DNA of 36,238 nucleotides, taken from contig ONWT01000047.1 of assembly GCA_900321575.1 (NCBI GenBank), forward strand, positions 1 to 36,238, given 5' to 3'. Made by a program: the position numbers and the translations under genes. Origin of the DNA: an uncultured Lentisphaerota bacterium (GTDB lineage: Bacteria; Verrucomicrobiota; Kiritimatiellia; RFP12; UBA1067). Below are positions 35,025 through 36,238 of this stretch, piece after piece (within the stretch, counting starts at the first letter, position 1; each line of letters opens with the position of its first letter). The notes beneath the pieces were generated by a model. The model saw only the letters and a program-made list of their open reading frames with translations, searched no databases and had not been told where the DNA came from.

Positions 35025-36062
35025 ATGGACGCAATCAAGACAATCATAGAAAAAGCCTCCAGACTCAACGGCACGGTCGTTCTGCCAGAGGGCATGGATG
35101 CCCGCGTGGTTACTGCCGCATGCGCCTGCTTTGACCGCAAGATCTGCACGCCCATCGTGCTTGGCACGCCCGAGGAAATCGCCATCGCCGAGGCTTCGGC
35201 CGGCCTAAGCCTTGCGGCTCGCGGAATCAAGACCATCGACTACACCCAGGGCGATGCCGAGCTGGAGAGCGCCTATCTCGAAGCGTGGAACGCCAAAGAG
35301 TCGAAGAAGCCCGCCGAGAAGCAGAAGCTTATCGACCTCGCCGGCGCACAGAAGACGCTCAGAACGAAGCGCATCTATTTCGGCGGAATGATGGTCAAGC
35401 TCGGCAGGGTCAACGGACTCGTCGCCGGCTCGATCGCTTCGACCGGCGACATGCTGCGCGCGGCCTTCCACACGCTCGGCACCCAGAAGGGGGTCAAGAC
35501 GGCCAGCTCCTGCTTCATATTGGATCTCAAGGCCCCGACGCCGTCGGGCGATACCGTGCTGGCGTTCGGCGATTGCGCCGTCATCCCCAACCCCACGGCC
35601 GAGCAGCTGGTGGATATCGGCCTCAGCTCCGCGCAGACCTACCGTGAGCTGACGGGGAACGAGCCGCGTGTCGCGTTTCTCTCCTTCTCCACGAAGGGCA
35701 GCGCGGGCGGCGAACTGGTCGAGAAGGTCCAGCGGGCGGTGGAGCTGGCGCGGCCCGTCTTTGCCGAAAAGGGGATCAAGATGGACGGCGAGCTCCAGTT
35801 CGATGCCGCGATCGTCCCCGCCGTCGGCCAGCTGAAGAAGCCCGGCGGCGAGATCCAGGGCGATGCGAACGTGTTCGTGTTCCCCGATCTCCAGGCCGGC
35901 AACATCGGCTACAAGATCGCCCAGCGTCTCGGTGGCGCCACGGCGATCGGCCCCAACCTGCAGGGGCTGGCCAAGGCCATGAACGACCTCTCGCGCGGCT
36001 GCAGCGCCGAGGATATCGTGGGTACGATCTGTGTGACGCTTCTTCAATCGGCATCCAAGTGA
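35025..36062 (+). CDS. pta: Phosphate acetyltransferase (short PTA_PTB-type)
   Basis: The 345-aa product shows VVLPEGMDARVV, MVKLGRVNGLVAGS, FGDCAVIPNPTAEQL, FLSFSTKGSAGG, VFVFPDLQAGNIGYKIAQRLGGA.AIGP and DLSRGCSAEDIV. An AAAGGTGAT RBS lies upstream. Confidence 0.95.
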   Translation: MDAIKTIIEKASRLNGTVVLPEGMDARVVTAACACFDRKICTPIVLGTPEEIAIAEASAGLSLAARGIKTIDYTQGDAELESAYLEAWNAKESKKPAEKQKLIDLAGAQKTLRTKRIYFGGMMVKLGRVNGLVAGSIASTGDMLRAAFHTLGTQKGVKTASSCFILDLKAPTPSGDTVLAFGDCAVIPNPTAEQLVDIGLSSAQTYRELTGNEPRVAFLSFSTKGSAGGELVEKVQRAVELARPVFAEKGIKMDGELQFDAAIVPAVGQLKKPGGEIQGDANVFVFPDLQAGNIGYKIAQRLGGATAIGPNLQGLAKAMNDLSRGCSAEDIVGTICVTLLQSASK

Positions 36063-36238
36063 CGGCACTTTCTCCCATAGCGCGCGCGAAGCAGGTCTTC
36101 GACGTGGAGATCGCGGGGTTGACGAAGACCCGCGATTCTCTGGGGGAGAGTTTTGTCGCCACGGTCGAACTGCTGCGGCGGACGCTGGAGCAGGGTGGGC
36201 TGGCCGTCGTCACTGGCGTGGGCAAAAGCCTGCATGTC
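36059..36238 (+). CDS. KpsF/KdsD-like SIS-domain sugar-phosphate (arabinose-5-phosphate) isomerase, first 60 codons only
   Basis: This is my own translation from a GTG that overlaps the pta stop (GTGA at 36059-36062): VTALSPIARAKQVFDVEIAGLTKTRDSLGESFVATVELLRRTLEQGGLAVVTGVGKSLHV. The pattern E..AL..L...L...F..AV.LL......VVV.G.GKSGHI is typical of KdsD/KpsF N-termini. The fragment runs off the window and the start codon is uncertain. Confidence 0.55.
   Translation, partial: MTALSPIARAKQVFDVEIAGLTKTRDSLGESFVATVELLRRTLEQGGLAVVTGVGKSLHV

Noticed and set aside
1-36238. A search for mobile-element hallmarks (transposase or integrase motifs, terminal inverted repeats, a tRNA-adjacent island boundary) around the 24-kb giant-gene block.
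   Set aside because: - I recognised no DDE, tyrosine-recombinase or serine-recombinase motifs in any frame.
- I found no flanking direct or inverted repeats and no tRNA gene.
- The block is co-directional and tightly packed with its neighbours.
- I therefore have no evidence that it is a mobile island, although compositional analysis could still reveal one.

Overview
This is an origin-proximal chromosomal window, and almost every gene lies on the + strand. I cannot identify the organism by eye. The giant LamG/TSP3-repeat exoproteins and the frequent lack of Shine-Dalgarno sites loosely suggest a PVC-group bacterium, but that is inference only.

The left third (1-8142) is housekeeping. It holds a partial ASKHA/ROK-like kinase on the - strand, an alkaline-phosphatase-superfamily mutase-like gene, mnmG, dnaA, dnaN and a THUMP RNA methyltransferase. 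Three perfect palindromic parS-type 16-mers sit inside an expanded loop of mnmG. A DnaA-box-like 10-mer, GTTATCAACA, occurs as four perfect copies, all intergenic, at three sites (upstream of mnmG, upstream of dnaA, and at 8.9 kb), plus a 9/10 copy in the dnaA-dnaN spacer.

The middle two thirds (8139-33846) look accessory. They start with an acidic coiled-coil orphan and an XRE-HTH/zinc-ribbon regulator. Two tandem cassettes follow. In each, a ~140-aa N-terminally anchored helical protein is coupled through an ATGA stop/start overlap to a giant Sec-signal protein of 3571 aa or 4196 aa. The first giant carries three DUF2341-like + LamG + Ig-like modules, about 1650 aa of unassigned beta-rich sequence, and a lamin-tail-like domain. 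The second giant carries a PKD-like domain, about 13 thrombospondin-type-3 calcium-binding repeats and an embedded LamG domain. This duplicated pairing of a small partner with a giant exoprotein is my best candidate for an undescribed system.

The right end encodes ackA, pta and the start of a KpsF/KdsD-like SIS-domain protein. I could not recognise any rRNA, tRNA, CRISPR array, transposase or integrase. All family assignments come from motifs read by eye and need HMM or structure searches.
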